64,000 nucleotides of DNA from Candidatus Thorarchaeota archaeon (GCA_038893995.1 JAWAQK010000004.1:5837-69836), one strand, 5' to 3'. Numbered from the stretch's first letter, positions 1-9,864 are shown. The notes: generated by a model not told the origin, from the letters alone. Made by a program: numbers and translations.

Positions 1-547
1 CCTTCAATGCATTCGAGTATCCGGCAAAGTAGTGTGCCTTCATGTCAGCGAGTACAACGTACACGTCATGATGTGCTGCACGCGAGTTGATGATGACTGG
101 TGTTCCACGACTGGTGTCTCCGATTCGGACCATGTTGGTGTCATGGCAGTCATGAATGCTGACCCTGTAGTCATCTATCGAGGCCTCACTGGCTGCCCTC
201 TCAATCTCTGTCACTATCCTCAGGTTCTCCGGATGGTCGACCTCGTGTGAACCTGTCGCCACTATGAATTCGACATGACTTGCATCCGTCAGATAGGGGG
301 TTATCGCGTCGAGCATCTCGGAGTGGGGCTCATTCCTAGTGTGATCTTCGACAAGCACACATACACTTCGCCCAGCAGCGATCTGATCCAATCGGTCGCC
401 GTGTGGGTTCTCAATGACTCGCACGAGCTCTCTGACGGGGTCTGCAAACGGCTTCAGAGAGGTTGCCGGTTCGATGACACCTGCCAGGTTCTCACGCGGA
501 ATGTCGAGCTCAATTCCCTTCAGGCCATAGCTCAGTCTTATTCTCAC
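1..547 (-). CDS. LarA-like (DUF2088 / lactate-racemase family) protein, N-terminal part; 3' end runs off the window
   Basis: Absent from the ORF track because there is no stop in the window. My reverse-strand translation from GTG 547 reads RIRLSYGLKGIELDIPRENL...VCVLVEDHTRNEP...FIVATGSHE...VVLADMKAHYFAGYSNALK. This fits the family pattern (DxTR, ATGxH, HxFAGxSGGxK). The start could instead be the in-frame ATG at 652. Confidence 0.55.
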   Translation of the reverse strand, partial: MRIRLSYGLKGIELDIPRENLAGVIEPATSLKPFADPVRELVRVIENPHGDRLDQIAAGRSVCVLVEDHTRNEPHSEMLDAITPYLTDASHVEFIVATGSHEVDHPENLRIVTEIERAASEASIDDYRVSIHDCHDTNMVRIGDTSRGTPVIINSRAAHHDVYVVLADMKAHYFAGYSNALK

Positions 548-646
548 GTCTATCCCGCGTTTCAGATAGTGGAATATCAGCAAAAAAGGGCTCGGTTGAG
601 GAAGGCAGAGGACCAAAACTGATATCCGGAGGGCCTCTACTGACCG

Positions 647-985
647 ATGCATATGTCCAATTCGGATGCACCAGGACAGAGTGACTCAATTGGCATGGGC
701 CGCTGGATAGCGGCAGGTTCCGAGCTACCCTGTTCTGTGATCATCTTCGTCTACCTTGGGGACCTCATAGGAGCCAGTCTGTATGGTCCTCAGGGCAGAA
801 ATCTGGGGGCCATGGTGGGGGCCATAGTGGGGTTTCTGTTGGGTGTCTTCGGGGTGTACTCTACGATACGATTCTACGAGAACATCGAGAGAGTCTCCTC
901 CAGGAGGCGGGCCTGGCTGCCCCCAATAGAGGAGATCCTCGAGGAACCCGACCTCAGCCGCATGACACGGGACAGCCCTGAATGA
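647..985 (+). CDS. Small two-TM membrane protein, AtpZ/AtpI-like (putative)
   Basis: 112-aa ORF with two Gly-rich hydrophobic helices (ELPCSVIIFVYLGDLIG..., GAMVGAIVGFLLGVFGVY) in the layout typical of AtpZ/AtpI-type proteins. It lies 0.7 kb from the A-ATPase genes. The function is a guess. Confidence 0.35.
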   Translation: MHMSNSDAPGQSDSIGMGRWIAAGSELPCSVIIFVYLGDLIGASLYGPQGRNLGAMVGAIVGFLLGVFGVYSTIRFYENIERVSSRRRAWLPPIEEILEEPDLSRMTRDSPE

Positions 986-990
986 GCCGG

Positions 991-1578
991 TCAGCTGACA
1001 AACTCGGAGTCATCCTTGTCGAGGACCTGTACTACTACCTTTGTTGCAGTCCTTCCAACTACCGCAATGATCACCTGGATGAGTACCGAGATGAACAGCG
1101 CTCCGACTGCAAGTCCAAACAGCACCATCGATATTGAGCCGGACGCAGCAATCCATGGCCCAAGGTAATACTTGTGCACGAGATACCAGATGTACACGCC
1201 GGTTATGCCGACGAATACCACCAGTGCCGCGTAGACGTATACTACGATCTTGACCGCCGGCGAGTCCATCCTCACTTTTCGAATCCCGGGTCCTACTATC
1301 TTGCTGCTGACCGTCCTGGATGAATTCAGGAGGAACGTGAATGCTGCCAGAAATACAAACAGGAGTAACATGATTCCCACCAATAGCAGGAGGGTCTTCA
1401 GGTCGTCAGGAAGGGTAGGTAAGAACTGTTCAAGGAGGAAGAATGCGAGAGAGCCTATTATCACTATGATCGAGAAGATCTGAATTACAAAGGTGATAGT
1501 TGCAGAGCCCCTGAATAGACTCCCGATATCGATGATCTCCTGAAGTCTCTTGGCTGGGCGTCCGGTGTCCTCCGACAT
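991..1578 (-). CDS. Hypothetical multi-pass membrane protein
   Basis: 195-aa ORF with 4-5 long hydrophobic segments. No family recognised. Confidence 0.45.
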   Translation of the reverse strand: MSEDTGRPAKRLQEIIDIGSLFRGSATITFVIQIFSIIVIIGSLAFFLLEQFLPTLPDDLKTLLLLVGIMLLLFVFLAAFTFLLNSSRTVSSKIVGPGIRKVRMDSPAVKIVVYVYAALVVFVGITGVYIWYLVHKYYLGPWIAASGSISMVLFGLAVGALFISVLIQVIIAVVGRTATKVVVQVLDKDDSEFVS

Positions 1579-1722
1579 TTACAACCACTGGGCCTGTCGT
1601 ATCATCCCGCTCTTTTGAACCCTTCTACTATCTGGCGCCTCAAGATCTGCTCGGCAAACTTATATTGCCCCCTCCGGACTTGGCTCTCGAGTCCCCACTG
1701 GACGTGTGAGAAGGGCCAAACG

Positions 1723-2784
1723 ATGAACTATAGGGCTGTGACAGACTACAGTTTCATCAATGCGAGGATACGTGGACTGAAGTCCAAGTTCCTCACATTA
1801 GGTGACTATGAGCGTCTAGTGCAGTCTGGGACTTACGATGAGTTCATCAAACTGATGACAAACACCCACTATGGTCGACTCATTGGCAGAGATTCTACGC
1901 AGATACCGAGTCCCGATGACCTATCACTGATGCTGTCCCGGGACCTGGCTGAGACTGTGCACAGCCTCTCCCGCAGCGTCTCAGGCAACGTTCATGCATT
2001 CATGATGGCCTATCTGAACATGTTTCTGGCAGAGAGTCTGAAGTCGATCTTGAGGGGCATTCACGCAGGCCTTGACAGATCCGAGATCTTGCGATTCTCA
2101 GTCCCGGTGGACGAGGACCAGGCAGCGGCCTTCTCTAGGCTTGCAGGGAGCACCTCCGTTGACCAGTTCATTGAGGCCATGCCGTACCCCGACATCAAGC
2201 TGGCGCTCGTGACGCGTCTGCACCTGTATCACGAGTTCAACTCAACAGCCCCACTCGAAGTGACCATCGATGAATGGTTCCTGGAGTCCCTGCTCGAGGC
2301 AACGGAGAGACTACCCCGTAGTGACAGGACGCGCCTGCTGCGCATCCTTGAGCCCAGGACTGTGATGAAGAACATGCTGGTGATACTGCGTGGCCGATCC
2401 CTCCAGATTGCTCCGAGGGCGCTCGAACTGTCCGTAGTCCGGTTCACCCACCGGTCCGACAGGATCACGCGCGATATGCTATCACGTTCCTCGTGGCGTG
2501 AGATTGTCCTAGAACTGTCCGGACTTGGCCTCTCACAGTTTGCTGCTCATATCGCACGTCTGTACGAAGAGCGGCAGAGCACAGTGGATGTCGAGTCGGC
2601 TGTGGAGGACCATCTGGCCCAGATGGCAAAGGCGCAGCTTGTGGGATATCCATTTCATTCTGGGACGGTCCTGGGGTTTCTGACGCTCAAGTACTATGAA
2701 ATCCGGAACATAAGGTCCATATCCGTGGGGATCGAACGCGGTGAGTCAGCCGCAAACATAAGAAGGATGATAACACTCTGGTAA
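1723..2784 (+). CDS. atpC: A-type (V-type) ATP synthase subunit C (V0 d-like)
   Basis: MNYRAVTDYSFINARIRGLKSKFL... at the N-terminus and GFLTLKYYEIRNIRSISVGIERG at the C-terminus are typical of archaeal AtpC. I chose the internal ATG 1723; the 36 residues upstream in the track ORF look non-coding. Confidence 0.88.
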   Translation: MNYRAVTDYSFINARIRGLKSKFLTLGDYERLVQSGTYDEFIKLMTNTHYGRLIGRDSTQIPSPDDLSLMLSRDLAETVHSLSRSVSGNVHAFMMAYLNMFLAESLKSILRGIHAGLDRSEILRFSVPVDEDQAAAFSRLAGSTSVDQFIEAMPYPDIKLALVTRLHLYHEFNSTAPLEVTIDEWFLESLLEATERLPRSDRTRLLRILEPRTVMKNMLVILRGRSLQIAPRALELSVVRFTHRSDRITRDMLSRSSWREIVLELSGLGLSQFAAHIARLYEERQSTVDVESAVEDHLAQMAKAQLVGYPFHSGTVLGFLTLKYYEIRNIRSISVGIERGESAANIRRMITLW

Positions 2785-2804
2785 CTCAGGTCGTAGAATC
2801 ACAG

Positions 2805-3185
2805 ATGAGGAATGCAATGATGAATACACTGAAGCTTTTCGTCACCATGGTATTTGCGCTACTGGTGCTCGTGTTCGTCTTTCCAGTCCCGGTCCAGGCC
2901 ATGTCGGCACTGCCTGACGCAGGCCTCGTGCCCCTGCAGACAGAGGGCGATGGCTGGGCGATCCTGGGCATTGCTCTGGGTGCTGGGCTTGCTGTCGGTA
3001 TGGCCGGCATTGGTGGTGGACTAGGAATGGGTACTGCATCGGCAGCCGCTCTTGGCGCAATCACAGAGAAGCCCGAGGTATTTGGAAAGAGCATCCTGTA
3101 CGTTGTGTTCATCGAGGCCATCGCCATATACGGCCTTGTGATTGCTTTCCTACTCCTGGGCAAGATTGACGCAATACTGGCATAG
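2805..3185 (+). CDS. atpK: A-type ATP synthase subunit K (proteolipid c subunit) with N-terminal hydrophobic extension
   Basis: Gly/Ala-rich helix GAGLAVGMAGIGGGLGMGTA, followed by a second helix carrying the ion-binding Glu (VVFIEAIAIYGLVIAF). Confidence 0.88.
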   Translation: MRNAMMNTLKLFVTMVFALLVLVFVFPVPVQAMSALPDAGLVPLQTEGDGWAILGIALGAGLAVGMAGIGGGLGMGTASAAALGAITEKPEVFGKSILYVVFIEAIAIYGLVIAFLLLGKIDAILA

Positions 3186-3346
3186 TAATACTACCCGGAC
3201 CCCTCTGTCTCGGAATAGGTGCCACCGCAGTAGGAAGATTGTCTGGCCGACCAGACTCCGTGGCAGAAACGTACACCCGTCCATTCGACCAAGACGACGG
3301 CACGGGCCGCTGGATCTCCCCAGTCTGAGCAGGTCGCGGGCACAGC

Positions 3347-3958
3347 CTACTCTCCGTTACCAAACAGGGTCTCTGCTGCTGTGTTCCGAAGCATGCCCAG
3401 CAGACGATCGTACCTGGCCTCGATGGTATTGTCGACCCACTTGTGTTGGTCCTTGGTCCTCACGATCACGCCTCCCCGTGTTCTCACGGTGTCCTTAGCG
3501 ACTGAGATACCATCGACACCCGTCGCGTCCCTGAGGCGACCAACAAACCTCGAATCAAGCCCTGGGTGGCCCTCCGGAAGGACTATCTCCATCTCACCCC
3601 CTCCCAATGCCCTCACGCCCTCAGTCGCCAGTCTCAAGAGAATGTCATTATGCTTGTCCGACTTGATGAGTTCTATTGCTTTCTCCAGGGCTGCCTGCAG
3701 CACCATACTGGTCGCTCTGTCTCTTGCCGCGACTATCTCCTGACGCATCTTGAGCTTCAGGCCTGCCTCGAACTTCGTCAGCTCTGCACGGGCCTCTCGC
3801 TCCATCTTCTCAATTCGCGATCTCTCGACCTCTGCCGCTCTCTTTGTGGCCTCGTCGATAATCCTCGTCCTGGTCTCCTCTGCCTGCGACAGGATCTCAC
3901 CGATCTTTTCGTCGGCCTTCCTGTTGATCAGCTCGATTATGCTGTCGATGCCAGTCAT
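3347..3958 (-). CDS. atpE: A-type ATP synthase subunit E
   Basis: Charged N-terminal coiled coil (IIDEATKRAAEVERSRIEKMEREA) and a C-terminal GGVIVRTKDQHKWVDNTIEARYDRL motif, both characteristic of AtpE. Confidence 0.85.
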   Translation of the reverse strand: MTGIDSIIELINRKADEKIGEILSQAEETRTRIIDEATKRAAEVERSRIEKMEREARAELTKFEAGLKLKMRQEIVAARDRATSMVLQAALEKAIELIKSDKHNDILLRLATEGVRALGGGEMEIVLPEGHPGLDSRFVGRLRDATGVDGISVAKDTVRTRGGVIVRTKDQHKWVDNTIEARYDRLLGMLRNTAAETLFGNGE

Positions 3959-3962
3959 GTTA

Positions 3963-4286
3963 TCAGTCCTCGGACAGGAGGATCTTCAGGAGCTTGTCAA
4001 CGGCAGGGGCCATCCTCTCCCGTGCCTGTGACTCGATCTTCTCGATCGATCTCTTGACCTCGTCCCTGTAACGTTTCTCTAGCTCCTCCTTATGTGTCTG
4101 CTTCCTGGCTGCAATGAGCGCGGCCTGACTCTCAGCCCTCTGTTCAGCCTCGGCCAATATCCTCTGTGACTCCGCCTCTGCCTCGGCCTTGGTCTCAGAG
4201 GCCTTCCTCTCTGCCTCTGCAACTCTCTTCTTGGCCTCTTCCTCAGCAATGCGGATCTGCTCTATGTCGTCCCCGGTGGTTGACAT
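3963..4286 (-). CDS. atpH: A-type ATP synthase subunit H (peripheral stalk, G-like)
   Basis: About 107 aa, nearly all charged coiled coil (IRIAEEEAKKRVAEAERKASETKAEAEAES...). It sits 4 nt upstream of atpE. Internal ATG 4286 preferred over the track start at 4367. Confidence 0.7.
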   Translation of the reverse strand: MSTTGDDIEQIRIAEEEAKKRVAEAERKASETKAEAEAESQRILAEAEQRAESQAALIAARKQTHKEELEKRYRDEVKRSIEKIESQARERMAPAVDKLLKILLSED

Positions 4287-4438
4287 GGTGCAACACTCCA
4301 GCCTGGGTCCAGATGCGGGCACCAAATCCTCCAGATAAAGCTTCACTCTCGTCATAATGTTTATCAACAGGACTCGGAGGACTACCTTGTCACCCCTCAG
4401 GACCCGGAGGTGGGCTATTCACCTCAGGTGGCCACGAC

Positions 4439-6622
4439 ATGCGCCTGTCCATAACGCCAACTGGGATGCTGGTTGCAAAGATAGTCTCTCATAGGGATTA
4501 CGAGCGAGAGATACTTCGTTCTCTAGAGGAGTTTGGCCTCTTCGAATTCGTAGATGTTCGACTCCAGACAGGCACGACCGACGTCAAGAAGACTCCTGAA
4601 GAGGAAATGGTATACTCACTACTGGGGAGGGTCACTAGCATGATCACCTCTCTCGGTCTTGACACCACCAGGAGCATGGGTCCTCGCGTCGGAGTCGACG
4701 ATACTAGACTGAACAATGTTCTGACGATGGTCAATGACGTGATTGGAATCGTGGAGCCCCAGTTGCTTGAGATTGACAAGAACATCGCGGTGGCTACTCT
4801 TGATCTTGACCGGCAGCACGGGCTGCGTGACGTCGCGAAGTCCGTGGGACCTCTGAGGCTGGACTTGGGCCTACTGGGGGAGAGCGAGTACACCTACACA
4901 GTCGCTGGTGTGATAGGCGCAGAAAAGGTGAGCAAACTCGAATGGGCAGTCCGGGAAGTCTCAGAGGGTTCTTATGCGATCCGTCGTGTCCCGGTCAGCC
5001 GCAACAGAGTGGCCGTGGCTCTCAGTGTCCCCATCGAGAGGAAGGACGCCGTTGACCGTGTCTTCACAGCCATCGGATTCGAGCAGTTCAAGGTTCCCGA
5101 GGGTCAGCGAGGACAGCCGGACGAGATAGTCCGCACTGCAACGGCGGAGATCTCACGGATCGGGACCGAGCTGAAGCGACTGAGGGCACGAAAGCGCTTC
5201 ATTGCCAAGGAGTGGGGCTCCAAGATACTCGCCGCCTGGGAATGCCTGAACATAGAGAAGTCACGGATAGACTCCAGACGGTTCATTGTCTATACGTCTC
5301 AGGCCATGAAGATATGGGGATGGATCCCCGAGGGCACTGAGGAACGACTCAAGACCATTCTGAAGGAGCGCGTCGGTCCAGTCATCGAGGTCACGTTTGA
5401 GCATCCAGAGTTTGCGGAATACGAGGCCCCCACTCATCTTGACAACCCCCGGGTGATGGCGGCTGCGGAGGGTCTTGTCAAGGCGTACGGCGTCCCATCG
5501 AGACACGATATCGATCCTACCAAGATAATGTTCTTCTCATTTCCGCTCATCTTTGGACTCATCTTTGCGGATGTCGGCCAGGGACTTCTAATTCTACTTA
5601 TTGGCCTCGCTGCAAACATCTCCGTCAGGAGGAGGCAGAACTGGGGTCCTATTATGGGGTACGTCCAGACAGGCGCCATCGGACTGATGATGATGGGTCT
5701 CTTTGCGATCTTTGGAGGCCTTCTCTTCGGAAGCTTCTTCGGATCAGAGACTGTCATCGAACCCCTATGGCCGATATTCTCACATACCACCGAGACAGGC
5801 CTGAGGAATCCATTCAGGGATGCCCATATGCTCAAGCTATCGATCGAGATCGGAATAATTCAGATGACAATGGGCATCATTCTCAATCTCTACGTGCGTC
5901 TGAAGCACAGACAGTATAGAGACGCAATCGTTGCTGTGTCCTATCTATGGCTCTACCTGAGCTTCGTCACCCTCGTCTTCGGAGTGAGCTACAGCAACAT
6001 CTCGGCATGGTTCAGCACCACCGGCAGTGTCTATCTCTGGGTGCCTATCCTGGGTATCGGACATGGTACGGGCAATAATGGTGTGTATCCGCAGCTTCCA
6101 GTGAGTCCTCTTGTCCTCCTCATCTCGTCGATCATTGTCCCGCTGGTGCTAATGCTCGTGGCCTCTGTCAAGGGTGGTATGGATGGGATCGTTCACTTCA
6201 TCGAGTACCTCATAGGAATGGTCAGCCATACTGTGAGCTACGCTCGTATCTTCGCGCTGAATATGGTCCATGTCGTACTGAGTTCAGTCTTCTTCATGGT
6301 AGTCCCCGCTATCGTCAACATCACCATCCCCCCAGTTGAGATCCTTGGCATCGAGATAGTACCCCATTCGGTGTGGCACGAAGGTCACCAGGTCCCACCA
6401 TTCCTGCCACTTGGTGGTGCAGTAGTCGGAAGTCTGATCGTGGGGATCCTCGAGGGTCTGCTGGCGTTCATGCATACGCTCAGGCTACACTTTGTTGAAT
6501 GGTTCAGTAAGTTCTTCCATGCAGGAGGTATTCCCTTCAGGCCTCACCTGGTCATGAGGCTTCACACCGTCGCTGCACTGAGCTCACCAGTGGCAGTGTT
6601 CCCGCAGGCAAGGAGTCCGTAG
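4439..6622 (+). CDS. atpI: A-type ATP synthase subunit I (a subunit)
   Basis: 727 aa. Soluble N-terminal half (EEFGLFEFVDV), then a polytopic C-terminal half with the conserved HTVSYARIFALNMVH (essential Arg) and LRLHFVEWFSKF motifs. Confidence 0.9.
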   Translation: MRLSITPTGMLVAKIVSHRDYEREILRSLEEFGLFEFVDVRLQTGTTDVKKTPEEEMVYSLLGRVTSMITSLGLDTTRSMGPRVGVDDTRLNNVLTMVNDVIGIVEPQLLEIDKNIAVATLDLDRQHGLRDVAKSVGPLRLDLGLLGESEYTYTVAGVIGAEKVSKLEWAVREVSEGSYAIRRVPVSRNRVAVALSVPIERKDAVDRVFTAIGFEQFKVPEGQRGQPDEIVRTATAEISRIGTELKRLRARKRFIAKEWGSKILAAWECLNIEKSRIDSRRFIVYTSQAMKIWGWIPEGTEERLKTILKERVGPVIEVTFEHPEFAEYEAPTHLDNPRVMAAAEGLVKAYGVPSRHDIDPTKIMFFSFPLIFGLIFADVGQGLLILLIGLAANISVRRRQNWGPIMGYVQTGAIGLMMMGLFAIFGGLLFGSFFGSETVIEPLWPIFSHTTETGLRNPFRDAHMLKLSIEIGIIQMTMGIILNLYVRLKHRQYRDAIVAVSYLWLYLSFVTLVFGVSYSNISAWFSTTGSVYLWVPILGIGHGTGNNGVYPQLPVSPLVLLISSIIVPLVLMLVASVKGGMDGIVHFIEYLIGMVSHTVSYARIFALNMVHVVLSSVFFMVVPAIVNITIPPVEILGIEIVPHSVWHEGHQVPPFLPLGGAVVGSLIVGILEGLLAFMHTLRLHFVEWFSKFFHAGGIPFRPHLVMRLHTVAALSSPVAVFPQARSP

Positions 6623-6627
6623 ATATC

Positions 6628-8943
6628 TCACTTCCCGGCGGTTGCAAGGTAGAGTGCAAACAGCTCAGCATCTGTCTTGTATACTGGTTCCTTGTCGAGA
6701 CCCAGTCGCTGGCCGTTGTCCCATATGCCTCTAGCCAGGAGATCCGCTGTGCTGGCCTTTGCAAACACGTTCTCAGCCGCCTGCTGATCGCCCAGCTGTT
6801 GGAACACCTGAGCGGCCACTGTGTAGTTGCCGACTGCCTCACGCAGGCGGTCACTGGCCCTGCTGTAGTATTGTCGTGCCTGTATTCTCTCCTTTCTTCT
6901 AGAGAGAAACTCCGCCATGAAGTCCTCCTTTGCGCCCTCTATCCTGGAGAGGTCTCCCTTGAACTTGAGGGCAACTCCCTGCAGCTGCTTTATCTGATCG
7001 TCCACATTATTCTTCTTTCTTATATCTGGGCTGACCACCCCGCCGAGCTCAGCTGACGCAGCCTCGAAGCAGGCTATTGCATGTCTTATTCGGCGGGCAG
7101 TGTTGTCATGCGATTCCAGTGTCCGCTTCACCACCTCTTCCAGACGGGCCTCATCGACTGGTTCTTGGTTGACGAGTTGAAGGACTCCCGATCTCTCCAG
7201 ATGTGTCCTGAATGCCCACTGTTCAGCCTGTCTCGCGAAAGACTGTGCCTCCGCCGAGCATGCGGTTGCCATGGCCAGCTTACCCAGGTCCCTGAGCTGT
7301 TCTGCCAGCTTGTCTTCGTGAACAACTGAGTAGAACCTGGCGGCCTCCTCTGCGTTCAGGTTCTCAAGTACCCGAGACACTATGAACTTGAAACCCTGTT
7401 GGAGCTGCGAACTGACCTGGAACTGAATCACATACTTCAGGTTTGCCAAGACCGCAAGGACACGATTCCTGAGCTGCTCGACCTGTTCATCTTCCCGCTC
7501 GAGACTGAGTAGGATTCCTAGACTGGTAAGGGCACTTCGGACGAAGTCGAGTGAGTCGGCGGGTTTCTCAACTAGTACGTTCTGAGCACTGTCAACAGCA
7601 CGATTAACATCTTGGATGAGTCCCTCTTTTCGTATGCTCTTTGCGAGCTCTATCTGGTCGATGATCCCGCTGGGATTCATCTGTGAGTTCTTCATGCGTG
7701 TCTGAACAAAGGACAGGATCTTCAGATTCTCTCTGATTGCACCTGTCAGCTCACGACTCTTTGACAGCTTCTCGGCCTTTCCGAGATCCTTGAAGATCTC
7801 ATCGAGGACCTTTTCTGCCTCCTCCCTATTATCAACACTCAGCAGCTGCGCAAGCTCTCGAAATGCAGCCTCAGACTTGCAGAATAGTGATTGGGCTCTC
7901 CTATGGTCTCTGTCAGCAGCTGACTGTCTCGCGTTGCCCTCCAGTGCATCGGAACTCGCAAACATCTTCTGCGCCCTGCCAAAAGCGTCTGATGCCGTCT
8001 GATAGAGTTTAGCGGCATCCTCCAAGTTCCCCGCGCGCATCTGGACATCCGCAATGTCTGCATATGTCATTGCGTTGTATACTTCGCTAAGTCCTGCTGC
8101 GTTCTGTTTCCATCTTTGCACTGCGTCGATCTGATCTGTGACTCCGGCCTTCCTCAGGGCATCGATGGCCTCGTTGTACAGGTCTGCCGCCTGCTCGAAT
8201 ATGTACGAACTGAGGATGTCTCTCCACACTATCTCGTCGAACGGATTGAACGCCTGTCGGAATGTGCTCTCAAGATTGACCAGCTCGTGCAGAAACTCGT
8301 CATGGAACTCCGCCTCCGCGATCTTGTTGTACCCCCTCAACTTCATTACCTCGGGGTCTTTGGCATCTCGAGTCCTCATCATGAGGTCGAGTGCGAGCGA
8401 TCCGAGTGCAATCTTGCGAAGCTTCATGGTGCCATCAGTGTGGTCCGGCACGGCTGCAAACGGTCGATCCAGCATCATGATTACTGTCGAGAATATTCCA
8501 AGTGCGTTTCTCTTCTTCTCCTCGTTCTCCTCGTCGACAAAGGGCCCACTGGACGCGGTGGCCTGGTGCAACCATGCCATCACCCTTGACATCCATATGT
8601 CTGCACGGTTCCTTTCTGCCTGTGTCTGAAGTTCCTTCACGGCATTCTCGAGCTGGGCCTTGGTCTCGCCCTCCGCCTGTTTGATCCTCTCTTTCAGGTA
8701 GGCGATATCGAACTCCTCGCCCATCATCTCCTCGTTGAATCTGGCCGTTTCTGAATGGAGCATTGTGAATGCATCATGCATTGCAATTCTCCTTGACTCG
8801 AGACCATCCATGTCGTCTACATCGTGCAATGCGAACTCTCTCACGGCCTCTCGGGCTCTGGTATTCAGATCCAGCAGTTTCCTGGTGTATACCTCTTCGC
8901 CAAGGTCAGACGATGCCTGTTTTCGGACGATTATGTTCGACAA
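6628..8943 (-). CDS. Large all-alpha helical-repeat protein (TPR/SNAP-like hairpins), function unknown
   Basis: 771-aa uninterrupted ORF. Repeated helix-hairpin signatures, for example AAKLYQTASDAFGRAQKMF and VAAQVFQQLGDQQAAENVFAKAS. No TM segment or catalytic motif seen. Confidence 0.55.
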   Translation of the reverse strand: MSNIIVRKQASSDLGEEVYTRKLLDLNTRAREAVREFALHDVDDMDGLESRRIAMHDAFTMLHSETARFNEEMMGEEFDIAYLKERIKQAEGETKAQLENAVKELQTQAERNRADIWMSRVMAWLHQATASSGPFVDEENEEKKRNALGIFSTVIMMLDRPFAAVPDHTDGTMKLRKIALGSLALDLMMRTRDAKDPEVMKLRGYNKIAEAEFHDEFLHELVNLESTFRQAFNPFDEIVWRDILSSYIFEQAADLYNEAIDALRKAGVTDQIDAVQRWKQNAAGLSEVYNAMTYADIADVQMRAGNLEDAAKLYQTASDAFGRAQKMFASSDALEGNARQSAADRDHRRAQSLFCKSEAAFRELAQLLSVDNREEAEKVLDEIFKDLGKAEKLSKSRELTGAIRENLKILSFVQTRMKNSQMNPSGIIDQIELAKSIRKEGLIQDVNRAVDSAQNVLVEKPADSLDFVRSALTSLGILLSLEREDEQVEQLRNRVLAVLANLKYVIQFQVSSQLQQGFKFIVSRVLENLNAEEAARFYSVVHEDKLAEQLRDLGKLAMATACSAEAQSFARQAEQWAFRTHLERSGVLQLVNQEPVDEARLEEVVKRTLESHDNTARRIRHAIACFEAASAELGGVVSPDIRKKNNVDDQIKQLQGVALKFKGDLSRIEGAKEDFMAEFLSRRKERIQARQYYSRASDRLREAVGNYTVAAQVFQQLGDQQAAENVFAKASTADLLARGIWDNGQRLGLDKEPVYKTDAELFALYLATAGK

Positions 8944-9048
8944 TACTTACTCCTCTTGACCCAGTCTAAGACCTACTACCTGATGACTCGTACTTAAGAA
9001 TAGCTCGGCTCTGCCCCTGAACCGGGTCAAGGACACACCGCCCGTGTC

Positions 9049-9435
9049 TCAGGATACCCTGAACTTTATCTCTCGTCCATCCCTGTACTTGACGACCTGG
9101 CCGTCCTTGGCCATTCTGTTCAAGACCTCGCTCGTGCGTGAACGTGACTTGCCCCATTGTCTGGCAAGCTCGGCCGCCGTCATACCATCGCTGGCATCCC
9201 TCAGGATGTTGATCAGCTTCGACCAGGATGCGTCCTGGAAGAGACTCTCCCTGGCGTCCTTCGCGACACTATACCTCTCTGCATATGCGCCAATACTGGA
9301 TGGTGGAGACGTCTGTGCAAGTCTCTCGTTAAGCTCAGTGACCATCTTCCTCAGAGATTGCACTGTCATCCTTAGCTCGGCAATCTCTGACCGGAGTCTG
9401 CTATTCTCGGACTCTTCGGACATCTTGACTCCCAC
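9049..9435 (-). CDS. Coiled-coil plus winged-helix DNA-binding protein (putative regulator)
   Basis: N-terminal heptad region (LRSEIAELRMTVQSLRKMVTELNERL). C-terminal wHTH-like segment MTAAELARQWGKSRSRTSEVLNRMAKDGQVVKY. Confidence 0.5.
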   Translation of the reverse strand: MGVKMSEESENSRLRSEIAELRMTVQSLRKMVTELNERLAQTSPPSSIGAYAERYSVAKDARESLFQDASWSKLINILRDASDGMTAAELARQWGKSRSRTSEVLNRMAKDGQVVKYRDGREIKFRVS

Positions 9436-9440
9436 ACATC

Positions 9441-9785
9441 TTAGAGTTTCCTGTTCTGCCTTCTCTTGATTGTGTACAGATCGTCGGGGGTCTTCACGGA
9501 CGACGTACCCTCTAGCAGTGCATGATACTGTTCGGTCCCAATCCCATCCTCACAGCCGCCCGAGATCCTGATACATCCCTCAGTAGACTCTTCAATCGTC
9601 TCCTCGATCTTACTGTTTCCGAACTCTATCAGGGGCTCCTCGTCCATCATTCTCTCAAAGGGGTTGAACACGGCCGCCACTGGGACCGCGTTGATCTCAT
9701 CGCTTGCTGCCTTTACGGAGATTATTTCCTCAAGAATCTCCCGAGTCTGTCGTGTGCATGTCTCGTTCTTGTGTTCGTATGTCAT
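9441..9785 (-). CDS. Hypothetical acidic protein
   Basis: 114-aa ORF, 5 nt upstream of the wHTH gene on the same strand. No family recognised. Confidence 0.4.
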   Translation of the reverse strand: MTYEHKNETCTRQTREILEEIISVKAASDEINAVPVAAVFNPFERMMDEEPLIEFGNSKIEETIEESTEGCIRISGGCEDGIGTEQYHALLEGTSSVKTPDDLYTIKRRQNRKL

Positions 9786-9864
9786 CCCGTGTCACCACTC
9801 ACTCAGCTGGTCGTCGTCAACAATCGACAACATCATTCTCTCGTGACTGAATATAAACCTTTGG

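Noticed and set aside
1615-1722. N-terminal 36 codons of the track ORF for atpC
   Set aside because: The Cys/Trp-rich sequence is unlike AtpC. The conserved N-terminus begins at ATG 1723 (MNYRAVTDYSF...).
2786-3163. 125-aa minus-strand ORF
   Set aside because: Antisense to the clearly recognisable atpK. The Pro/Ala/Ser-rich shadow is typical of the opposite frame of a Gly/Ala-rich gene.
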